Positions 20,065-27,624 of a stretch of DNA of 39,857 nt are shown piece by piece. Made by a program: the position numbers and the translations under genes. Under the pieces are notes generated by a model that saw nothing but the letters and a program-made list of their open reading frames with translations, was not told the origin of the DNA and did no database searches. Source of the DNA: Flavobacteriia bacterium (GTDB lineage Bacteria > Bacteroidota > Bacteroidia > Flavobacteriales > Schleiferiaceae); assembly GCA_949516455.1 (NCBI GenBank), contig CATILC010000017.1, positions 1 through 39,857 of the forward strand, given 5' to 3'. The first letter of the stretch is position 1. Each line of letters begins with the position of its first letter.

Positions 20065-20634
20065 TCAGCGGTTTTCCATTTTTTCCATTTCCTCGTTGAA
20101 GGTCTGCTTGAACTTCTCGTAGTTGTAATCGATGCGCAGACTCTGATCATTGCTCAAGGTCTTGTAGTAGTCATCGACCAGGTCATCTCCGGAAAGTTCC
20201 AAGGCCACATAATACTTGTATTTCTGGGTGGCTGTGACCATCATCAACTTGTCGCATACAGGCTTGATACCGCTCAGGCGTTCGTTGATCACGGTACGGC
20301 TGTTCTGCTCAAAGCGCTCCAAGACTTCCTCAACGTTGTTGAATTCAGAAGACTTCACGTAGTTGTCGCCGACCACTTTCATGGTGCTGGAGATCTGGGC
20401 TGCGAGTTCTTCCCGCGCGTTGCTCAAGGCCTTCTTTTTGGCCACATTGGCGTCTGTACTCTCACCAAATGAATAGGAACGAAAGTGTTTTTTGTCGCTT
20501 TTGAATTCACTGCAAGGAAGAATGATCTCCACCTCGCCTTTTGGCATGGGCATCTCCTTCTTGCTCTTACATGAGGTCGCACCCAGCGCAAATAAGGAAA
20601 CTAGGGCGATAAGAATATGCTGATTCATTTTCAT
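20065..20634 (-). CDS. Small LPP20-like lipoprotein
   Basis: ATG at 20634 (MKMNQHILIALVSLFALGATSC lipobox). ANVAKKKALSNAREELAAQISSTMKV and KYKYYVALEL resemble the LPP20 module. The track start at 20661 would add 9 residues. Confidence 0.72.
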   Translation of the reverse strand: MKMNQHILIALVSLFALGATSCKSKKEMPMPKGEVEIILPCSEFKSDKKHFRSYSFGESTDANVAKKKALSNAREELAAQISSTMKVVGDNYVKSSEFNNVEEVLERFEQNSRTVINERLSGIKPVCDKLMMVTATQKYKYYVALELSGDDLVDDYYKTLSNDQSLRIDYNYEKFKQTFNEEMEKMENR

Positions 20635-20700
20635 GGGTTCAAAATTTAAAGAGTTGTACATGCGAACTTACAGACAAAGCACGTGCCACTCTTATTGCTT

Positions 20701-21780
20701 TTAGAGAAAAGGATCGGAAATGGTCGTGTCCTGAACAAATTCTAGATCCGTCAGTGCGGAAAGAAATGCTTTGAGCGCTTGTTTTTGGCGCAAACTCCAA
20801 TTTCTGCCTATGCCTGCTGCTTTCATATTGGGGTCTGTGGTGGGCGTCACATGGCCGCCATCGTTGTAAAACTCGATGACCTGCCCCAGCGTTTGAAATC
20901 GCCCGTCGTGCATGTAGGGCGCTGTAAGCTCTATATTCCGCAAAGTCGGAATCTTGAATTTGCCGCGATCGGACGGGTCACCGGTCACTTGCTCTCTGCC
21001 TGCACCTGGCATCAAAACGCTGTCCAGACCATTGTTGGAAAACTGCAAGTTGCCAAAGGCGCCAAAGGTGTTTCCTGTGGTCAGGTCGCCATGGCAATGG
21101 AAACAATCGCCCTGCTCACTGTGAAAGAGGTTGTAGCCTTCCAACTCCAGATCGGTAAAGGTCAGTTCACCCTTCTTGAACCGGTCGTATCGGCTGTTGG
21201 CTGATACCAGCATGCGTTCGAATTGGGCCAGCGCCTTGAGGATCCGTTCCCTGCTCACCGCGCTGCTGCCGAAAGCCGCCTTGAACAGAGGCGGGTACAT
21301 GGGGTCAGCTTCGAGTTCCGAAAGTGCATTCGGCCAATCCTCGTGCATTTCTATAGGATCCTCAACAGGTTGAGCAGCCTGTTCTTCCAAAGAGTTCGAC
21401 CGGCCATCCCAAAACAGGAAGTCCTGCCAGGCCAAATTGATCAAGGGTGGGGCATTGAATGTCCCTGCGATGCCGTCTATACCTACGCTGTATTGATTTG
21501 GATCGGAGAATGAATGATCGGGTAAATGACAACTGCTGCAGCTCATGGAATTATCTCCCGAGAGACGCACTTCATAAAAGAGACGTCGCCCAAGGGCAAC
21601 ACCTTCCTCGGTGAGCGGATTCCCATCGGGCAGATCGGCCGGTGGAAATCCATTGGGATTCACCCAGGCGATCGGATGGGTGATGTGCGTGTCTTCGGTG
21701 CGAGATGGCGACTCATCCACGCAGGAGAACAAAGCGGGCAGCACAAGCAGCCAAGAGAGATTTCGAAATGTTCTGATCAT
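20701..21780 (-). CDS. Di-haem cytochrome c peroxidase (CCP/MauG family)
   Basis: 359 aa with two haem c motifs, CSSCH and CFHCH. Lipobox-like signal MIRTFRNLSWLLVLPALFSC. PTLRNIELTAPYMHDG is typical of bacterial CCPs. Confidence 0.9.
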   Translation of the reverse strand: MIRTFRNLSWLLVLPALFSCVDESPSRTEDTHITHPIAWVNPNGFPPADLPDGNPLTEEGVALGRRLFYEVRLSGDNSMSCSSCHLPDHSFSDPNQYSVGIDGIAGTFNAPPLINLAWQDFLFWDGRSNSLEEQAAQPVEDPIEMHEDWPNALSELEADPMYPPLFKAAFGSSAVSRERILKALAQFERMLVSANSRYDRFKKGELTFTDLELEGYNLFHSEQGDCFHCHGDLTTGNTFGAFGNLQFSNNGLDSVLMPGAGREQVTGDPSDRGKFKIPTLRNIELTAPYMHDGRFQTLGQVIEFYNDGGHVTPTTDPNMKAAGIGRNWSLRQKQALKAFLSALTDLEFVQDTTISDPFL

Positions 21781-21789
21781 GACTTATTG

Positions 21790-21797
21790 CAAAGGTA
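21790..21797 (-). promoter_or_regulatory. Candidate -7 box TACCTTTG for the peroxidase gene
   Basis: The minus strand reads TACCTTTG, 9 nt upstream of ATG 21780. Confidence 0.35.
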
Positions 21798-21825
21798 GAA
21801 CGCATCCAACAGCCTAATTGTGCGT

Positions 21826-22935
21826 TCAGTCAGTCGAAAGGGCCGAAGAATAGGTCCTCCACTTGGCACACAATGCCTCGAATGCCGTTGGCAGTTCCGT
21901 GTGGAAGCTCAGGCGTTTTTCAGTTTTGGGGTGACTTATGCCCAAGGTCCTTGCGTGCAGTGCCTGATGGGGCATCAACTCAAAACAATTTTGGATGAAC
22001 TGTTTGTATTTCGCTGTATTCAGGCCCTTGAGGATCTTATTGCCTCCATAGCGCTCATCCCCGAACAAGGTGTGACCGGCGAATTTCATGTGCACTCTGA
22101 TCTGGTGTGTACGCCCTGTCTCCAAACGGCACTCCACGAGGGTCGTGAATCCAAAGCGCTCAAGTACACGATAGTGGGTCACCGCATGCTTGCCCATATT
22201 TCCATCTGGAAAGACAGCCATCTGCTTTCTGTCTTGCAGACTTCTTCCAATGTTTCCCTCTATTCTCCCCTCATCTTCCTTTACGTCGCCCCAGACCAAC
22301 GCTGTGTACATCCGATCCGTACTGCGCTCAAAGAATTGCCTGGACAAATGCGACAGGGCATAATCGTTCAGCGCCACCACCATCACCCCACTCGTGTCCT
22401 TATCCAGTCGGTGAACGAGTCCGGGTCTTTCGTGCTCTTTCACCTGTGGCAGACTGTTCATGTGATGAAGCAACGCATTGACCAGTGTTCCGCTGTAATG
22501 GCCGTATGCCGGATGTACGACCATGCCTGCCTGCTTGTTCAATACGCAGACGTCTTCGTCTTCGTAAAGAATATCAAGAGGAATATCCTCCGCAATGAGT
22601 TCGATTTCCCGGGGAGGATGGGCCAGCACGACCTGAACCACGTCCCCAGCCTTCACTCGGTAGTTGGCCTTCACCACCTTTGAATTCACTCGCAACGAAC
22701 CAGAGCGGCCAGCCTCCTGGATCTTGTTCCTGGAGGTGTTGCCCAACAGATTGAACAGGAATTTATCGATCCTCAGTGGATTCTGTCCGGCATCAGCGAC
22801 GAATCGATGGTGCTCATAGAGTTCCTCTCCAGACTCGTGAAGTTCGTCCTCCTTCAATGCACGATCAGCTTGAATGCTGCTGAGAAGCCGCTTTCCAACC
22901 CCAGCACACGGAAATAATAAAGACCAGATGGCCAA
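21826..22935 (-). CDS. rluD: 23S rRNA pseudouridine synthase, RluA/RluD family
   Basis: S4-like N-terminus (LRIDKFLFNLLGNTSRNKIQEAGRSGSLRVN) and catalytic motif HRLDKDTSGVMVVA. The start is uncertain. ATG 22935 overlaps the upstream gene by 82 nt. An in-frame TTG at 22857 forms a TTGA overlap with the upstream stop and would give 343 aa. Confidence 0.88.
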   Translation of the reverse strand: MAIWSLLFPCAGVGKRLLSSIQADRALKEDELHESGEELYEHHRFVADAGQNPLRIDKFLFNLLGNTSRNKIQEAGRSGSLRVNSKVVKANYRVKAGDVVQVVLAHPPREIELIAEDIPLDILYEDEDVCVLNKQAGMVVHPAYGHYSGTLVNALLHHMNSLPQVKEHERPGLVHRLDKDTSGVMVVALNDYALSHLSRQFFERSTDRMYTALVWGDVKEDEGRIEGNIGRSLQDRKQMAVFPDGNMGKHAVTHYRVLERFGFTTLVECRLETGRTHQIRVHMKFAGHTLFGDERYGGNKILKGLNTAKYKQFIQNCFELMPHQALHARTLGISHPKTEKRLSFHTELPTAFEALCAKWRTYSSALSTD

Positions 22936-24662
22936 TCCGATATATCCAGTTCATCTGTTCCTTCTGTGAGGATCCCCTCAACTACAACTCTTCCATAGAG
23001 GTCGAACAAAGCCCAAGAGCATTCCTCTTCTGTGCCCGTTCGAATCTGGATTCGATCATCTGCAGGATTGGGATGGACTTTCAGCTCACTGGTCCGCCCT
23101 GCCGATCCCAGATCGGATGGCTGGTAGCTGAAATAAGGACGCAGCATCAGGTTCCCCGAAAAAAGGGATTGATACCAGCTGACTCCATCATTGTAGAAGA
23201 TCTGGGTGGTGGTGTCCCCATCGGGCCGATTGACATCGAGACCGACATTCAAGGGCTCCACAGTTCGTTGCTTGAGCCCGATGAACACCGACGCATCCAC
23301 GTAAATACTGCTGTCCAGTGCGTAGGCAGAAAATTGATCGTGGTTGAAATACGCCGGAACGTACATACTGTCCGAGAGATAGAGCTCGTTGCCAGGAATG
23401 CCGTTTTGATTCTCCCAGATACCGATCTGGAAACCATTGAGTTTAGCGTCCACCTTTGCCTGGCCGAAATAGAGATAGAGGCCCTTCAGGGTATCTGGTT
23501 TCAATGGGGTGAAAAGAATGGATGTCACGGCACCTCCCACATTGCTCAACCCGTAGACCCTTTCGGCACTTCCGTCGTCATAGGCATAGTAATTACTGAA
23601 TCGATGAAGGCCTTTGACAGTATCGTTGGAGCGAAAACCATCATTTGCCCCGGTCATCAGGCTGATAACAGACAGATCGAATTCTCCTGAAGGCGCAGGT
23701 ACCAGGGTCACGGGATCCAGTGGAACAGGAACGATCAGTTCTTTATTGTAGGCAAAGTTGTTCCAGGGAATGCCGTTCTTCTGCTGAATTTTCGTCCCGT
23801 CGTAAAAGAGTTCATATCCACGCAGATTGATGCTCACTGTGAGCGAGTCGCCGTTCTTTTTGTAATGCAGATCGAACTCGTCCTTGAACGGGTCGGGAAC
23901 GCCTTGAAGATGGAACCAAGGGATCTGCCAGTAGTCCTTCAATAAAGACGGGTGTTGACGGGTGAATGCGGCATCTGTGATGGCCGTATCTGCCGCATTT
24001 CTGTTCTCTTCCAGACGGACGTAGTCCACATTCCATATATCAAATGATCCGGACCGGGCGCCGAAGGCCGCGATCCTGAAGCGAAAGCCGTCTTGCAGCC
24101 AGAGTGCAGAATCCACCGGAAGGATGGCGGCACGAAATCCGTCAAAACCCAATGGACCTCTCTTCCATACCTGGAACCATGCGGAGTCTTGAGGCGACCA
24201 AAAATCGACGGTCAGAGCATCCCCGCTGCGCGGCCGCTCCCCTCTTCCGCCCTCTTGGTAAAAAAAGCTGAGATACACCCCAGTTGGATTCGGACCAAAG
24301 CGAATGAACTTTGAGCTGAGTACATCGGCAATGCTGTCGCTGCTGTTGTCCAGTATGTCGTATGCCTGGCCATTCTCATCCAGCCCATCGAAAGTGGCCA
24401 CACCCAAAGTCGGTACATCCCTTCCGTAGCTGTCGTTGACCCACACTTTGGAATCGCACCATCTCCGCTGATCCGGCCAACCCTCTACACCGGAGAAATC
24501 GTCCAACAGCGGCAGTCCGATCGTATCGCAGACTGTATTTGATTGTTTACGAGCGTCAAAAGAACGCTGGGTCACCGGACCCAATCGCTCCATGATCTGT
24601 GCCGAAAGACCGTGCACGCCCAGCACACCGATCAACAAAAAGAGCAGCCACTTATTCCGCAT
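22854..24662 (-). CDS. Secreted protein of unknown function with a T9SS C-terminal sorting domain
   Basis: Signal peptide MRNKWLLFLLIGVLGVHGLSAQ. The C-terminal ~75 aa (LKVHPNPADDRIQIRTG...LFDLYGRVVVEG...LDISDWPSGLYYFRVLG...FKLIVH) match the Por/T9SS type A CTD pattern. The ~500-aa body has no enzymatic motif I recognise. Confidence 0.85.
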   Translation of the reverse strand: MRNKWLLFLLIGVLGVHGLSAQIMERLGPVTQRSFDARKQSNTVCDTIGLPLLDDFSGVEGWPDQRRWCDSKVWVNDSYGRDVPTLGVATFDGLDENGQAYDILDNSSDSIADVLSSKFIRFGPNPTGVYLSFFYQEGGRGERPRSGDALTVDFWSPQDSAWFQVWKRGPLGFDGFRAAILPVDSALWLQDGFRFRIAAFGARSGSFDIWNVDYVRLEENRNAADTAITDAAFTRQHPSLLKDYWQIPWFHLQGVPDPFKDEFDLHYKKNGDSLTVSINLRGYELFYDGTKIQQKNGIPWNNFAYNKELIVPVPLDPVTLVPAPSGEFDLSVISLMTGANDGFRSNDTVKGLHRFSNYYAYDDGSAERVYGLSNVGGAVTSILFTPLKPDTLKGLYLYFGQAKVDAKLNGFQIGIWENQNGIPGNELYLSDSMYVPAYFNHDQFSAYALDSSIYVDASVFIGLKQRTVEPLNVGLDVNRPDGDTTTQIFYNDGVSWYQSLFSGNLMLRPYFSYQPSDLGSAGRTSELKVHPNPADDRIQIRTGTEEECSWALFDLYGRVVVEGILTEGTDELDISDWPSGLYYFRVLGLESGFSAAFKLIVH

Positions 24663-25509
24663 GTGTGGAATCCATCAGGATTTGAGAAGAGTCTTTCATC
24701 GGTAAGGCCAACGTATCCATGGGCCATTTGGTACTGTCCCAGCTCAACCAGATGTCTACATCCGTTCCGAGCCGAACGCCCTCCGGCAAGCGAGCAATCG
24801 GATTCTGTCGATGCACACGGGCTTTGGAGCTGTCCATGGAGATCCCCATTGGAGATCCCTCCCAAGAGACCAGTCCGATATTCAGAGATACCGACCTCAG
24901 TCGCTCTTTGGCTGTATTGAGATCCAGACCGCCTAAGAAAGGAACCTCTGTGGTTTGTTCACTCAGTCCACCGCCAAGAACGAGATCGATCACACTCCCT
25001 TTGGTCAAAAAGGGACGGCCTTTGAGCTCTTCCCCATCGCTGATTACCCGGACAACAACGTCTTTGCCGATGTAAGGCACATAAGTGATCTCTCCCAGGA
25101 CAAAGCCTTTGGTATGCAGGTCGTAGGTGGCTCTTCGAACGGTTTTTTCGATGAGATCCGGCATTTGGATCATCGGCTCGCGCACCGGATTCATCGTCAG
25201 CTTTATTGCCCTTCCTTCTTTGACGACCGAACCTGCGCGGGGATATTGATCCCAAACCTCCGAATCCTCAAAGGCGGAGTTGTATTCACTGCTGTCGAGC
25301 ACCTCCCAGCTGAGTTTCTGTTCGGCCGTGACGACCTGTGTTTCTTCGAGATCGAGACCGATCAAAGAGGGCACTTCGATCATCTTGTCGTGAAAGGTGT
25401 AGCTCTCCAAACTCCAGCGAAGAAGAAGAAAGATCAGCACGAGGGCGGTCGTCCCGAGCATCAAGTTTGCCAAAAAGGTCTTGCTGAACAAAAACCGCAG
25501 TGCCTTCAT
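24652..25509 (-). CDS. Membrane-anchored PASTA-domain protein with no kinase or PBP domain
   Basis: ATG 25509 (MKALRFLFSKTFLANLMLGTTALVLIFLLL, a TM anchor), then three PASTA-like repeats beginning IEVPSLIGLDLEE, IQMPDLIEKTVRRA and TEVPFLGGLDLNTA. It overlaps the downstream T9SS-cargo start by 11 nt. Confidence 0.82.
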   Translation of the reverse strand: MKALRFLFSKTFLANLMLGTTALVLIFLLLRWSLESYTFHDKMIEVPSLIGLDLEETQVVTAEQKLSWEVLDSSEYNSAFEDSEVWDQYPRAGSVVKEGRAIKLTMNPVREPMIQMPDLIEKTVRRATYDLHTKGFVLGEITYVPYIGKDVVVRVISDGEELKGRPFLTKGSVIDLVLGGGLSEQTTEVPFLGGLDLNTAKERLRSVSLNIGLVSWEGSPMGISMDSSKARVHRQNPIARLPEGVRLGTDVDIWLSWDSTKWPMDTLALPMKDSSQILMDSTHAE

Positions 25510-25515
25510 TGAGGT

Positions 25516-25523
25516 CAAATATA
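25516..25523 (-). promoter_or_regulatory. Candidate -7 box TATATTTG for the PASTA / T9SS-cargo / rluD transcription unit
   Basis: The minus strand reads TATATTTG, 6 nt upstream of ATG 25509. Confidence 0.4.
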
Positions 25524-25559
25524 GCAATAGGCCCTGTGGAGACGCCTCTCGCTTTGAAG

Positions 25560-25567
25560 TACATTTG
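25560..25567 (+). promoter_or_regulatory. Candidate -7 box TACATTTG for ddl-coaD
   Basis: Perfect TAnnTTTG, 31 nt upstream of ATG 25599. It is back-to-back with the minus-strand box at 25516-25523. Confidence 0.4.
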
Positions 25568-25598
25568 ATCAAAAGCCCCGATTGTGGAAGAGTTGAAA

Positions 25599-26567
25599 AT
25601 GGCCGTAGTGACAGGAGGATTTTCAGCGGAAAAGGAAATTTCCATTCTCAGCGGTCAAACCGTCCTAAAAGAGCTTATTGGCTCACGGATCGCTGCCTGG
25701 GAAGTTCGCATCGATGAGACCGGTTGGCACGTTCGATCGGATGGATCCGTATTTCCCGTCGAAATGAAAGATATGAGCTGGAAAGACGCAAAGGGAAACA
25801 TCCATCATTTTGATCTGGTCTTTGTCTGCATTCACGGTCATCCGGGAGAAGACGGTCACCTTCAGGGCTACTTTCATTCCATCGGACTGCCCGTGGCTGG
25901 TTCCAATGTCTTTTCATCGGCCCTGACCTTTAACAAGGCCCATACCAGCAGTTTTGCACGAACGCTCGGGCTCAATGTACCCGTATCTGTTCTTTTCAGG
26001 AAGGGACACGCATGGCACAATGAGTTGGCCGCCCGAATACCCTACCCCCTCTTTGTCAAACCCAATCGATCGGGAAGCAGTTTTGGGATCAGCCGTGTGA
26101 CCGAGGAAGCAGCGCTGCTGCCAGCCGTGGAAGAGGCGCTGATATTTGATGATCTCGTGATCATAGAACAAGGTGTGACTGGACGGGAGTTGGCCTGCGG
26201 CCTAAGCAACCACACGGGACAGACAGAAGTACTTGAGCTCACTGAGATCATCCCAAAGAATGCCTATTTCGACTACGAATCCAAGTACAGTGGAGATTCT
26301 GCAGAGATCACGCCTGCGGCGGTCTCTGACGAGGTCCGTGCGGAAATCGAGAAGATCAGCCGCAGGCTGTACGATCACTTTGAACTGAATGGGATCGCCC
26401 GCATCGACTACATCCTCGATGACGCGCAAAGGCCCTGGCTCATCGAGATCAACAGCATTCCAGGGATGAGCCCTGAAAGCCTCATTCCGAAACAGATTCG
26501 TGCGGCAGGTCTGAACCTCGCGCATATATTTGAAGGAATCGCCAAGAAATGTCTGACAAAAGAATAG
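25599..26567 (+). CDS. ddl: D-alanine--D-alanine ligase
   Basis: MAVVTGGFSAEKEISILSG and CIHGHPGEDGHLQG, with an ATP-grasp C-terminal half (IEINSIPGMS). The track start 25584 is GTG, so I prefer ATG 25599. Confidence 0.94.
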   Translation: MAVVTGGFSAEKEISILSGQTVLKELIGSRIAAWEVRIDETGWHVRSDGSVFPVEMKDMSWKDAKGNIHHFDLVFVCIHGHPGEDGHLQGYFHSIGLPVAGSNVFSSALTFNKAHTSSFARTLGLNVPVSVLFRKGHAWHNELAARIPYPLFVKPNRSGSSFGISRVTEEAALLPAVEEALIFDDLVIIEQGVTGRELACGLSNHTGQTEVLELTEIIPKNAYFDYESKYSGDSAEITPAAVSDEVRAEIEKISRRLYDHFELNGIARIDYILDDAQRPWLIEINSIPGMSPESLIPKQIRAAGLNLAHIFEGIAKKCLTKE

Positions 26568-27031
26568 CTGTTTTCCCGGGATCGTTCGACCCCATTACCA
26601 AGGGGCACGAAGACATTGTCCTGCGCGGAGTCCGACTCTTCGATGAGCTGATCATTGCCCTTGGTGAAAATGAGAACAAGACCTATCTATTCGATAAGCA
26701 GCAGCGACTGAAGTGGATCGAGGAAACCTTCAGGAACGAACCACGCGTCCGGGTTGTGAGCTATACCGGACTGACCGTCGACTTTTGTGCTGAGGCAGGT
26801 GCAGCTTACATGATCCGTGGTCTGCGGAATCCCGCTGACTTGGAATACGAAAAGGTCGTGGCACAGGCCAACCAGAAAATGAGATCGGAAATTGAGACCG
26901 TATTCTTACTGACGCAGGCTGAATTCAGCTTCATCAGCAGTTCGATCGTACGCGATGTACTCAGAAATGGAGGGGATTACCGCCAATTTGTACCCGATGT
27001 TGTTCGCACTCAGGGAAGTGAATTGAAATAA
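26549..27031 (+). CDS. coaD: Pantetheine-phosphate adenylyltransferase
   Basis: 160 aa with RIAVFPGSFDPITKGHEDIV (nucleotidyltransferase T/HxGH motif) and ISSSIVR. It overlaps the ddl 3' end by 19 nt. Confidence 0.95.
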   Translation: MSDKRIAVFPGSFDPITKGHEDIVLRGVRLFDELIIALGENENKTYLFDKQQRLKWIEETFRNEPRVRVVSYTGLTVDFCAEAGAAYMIRGLRNPADLEYEKVVAQANQKMRSEIETVFLLTQAEFSFISSSIVRDVLRNGGDYRQFVPDVVRTQGSELK

Positions 27032-27624
27032 GCGGTGGCCAAGGACTGAATGGCCGGATAACTCTGCATCATGCGCTGCATGAATTCGTCTTTGTCCATC
27101 CACACCGCCTGTGTGATCTGTTCCTCTTCCTGTGCTTTCAATTCAGGGCGTCCAAAGACCCGCATTTCAAACCAGTGGGTCGTCTTCAGGATCTGCCGGC
27201 CCGATTGAATGTAACCGTGCCATGTTCGCGGCAGCGGCCCCACCAGCTCCAAATGGTTCAGTCCACATTCCTCCGAGACCTCCCTCAGGGCCGCCTCTGC
27301 CCGACCCTCACCACTTTCGATCTTTCCCTTGGGCAGATCCCAACGCCCAAGTCTTTCAATCGCCAGGAATTCACCGAACGCATTGATCACCAAACCCCCA
27401 GCGGCCTCAATGTGGGCAAAATGTTCAAGGATATAGGACATTTCTCTTTCGGCATCTTCAACGGCCCAACGCTGTTCAACTGAACGCCCAGAGCCAAAGG
27501 ACGACGCCAAAAACGCATGGATTCTTTTGCGTTCATTCTGCCGCTCTGAGGCGGCAGGAAGGTCCTTTTTTTCTTCGAGGATCAGTCGAACATTCGCTAT
27601 GAAAACTTCATACTTTTGCGCCAT
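27010..27624 (-). CDS. NUDIX hydrolase with an N-terminal extension
   Basis: Nudix box GKIESGEGRAEAALREVSEECGL. A shorter form from M62 (MSYILEHF) is possible. It is convergent with coaD, overlapping by 22 nt. Confidence 0.82.
   Translation of the reverse strand: MAQKYEVFIANVRLILEEKKDLPAASERQNERKRIHAFLASSFGSGRSVEQRWAVEDAEREMSYILEHFAHIEAAGGLVINAFGEFLAIERLGRWDLPKGKIESGEGRAEAALREVSEECGLNHLELVGPLPRTWHGYIQSGRQILKTTHWFEMRVFGRPELKAQEEEQITQAVWMDKDEFMQRMMQSYPAIQSLATAYFNSLP
27611..27618 (+). promoter_or_regulatory. Candidate -7 box TACTTTTG for pyrE
   Basis: Perfect TAnnTTTG only 4 nt upstream of the pyrE ATG (27623). It lies within the first codons of the opposite-strand NUDIX ORF. Confidence 0.35.

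Noticed and set aside
21820-22683. 287-aa plus-strand ORF
   Set aside because: It is antisense to rluD, whose frame carries the HRLDKDTSG catalytic motif. Shadow ORF.
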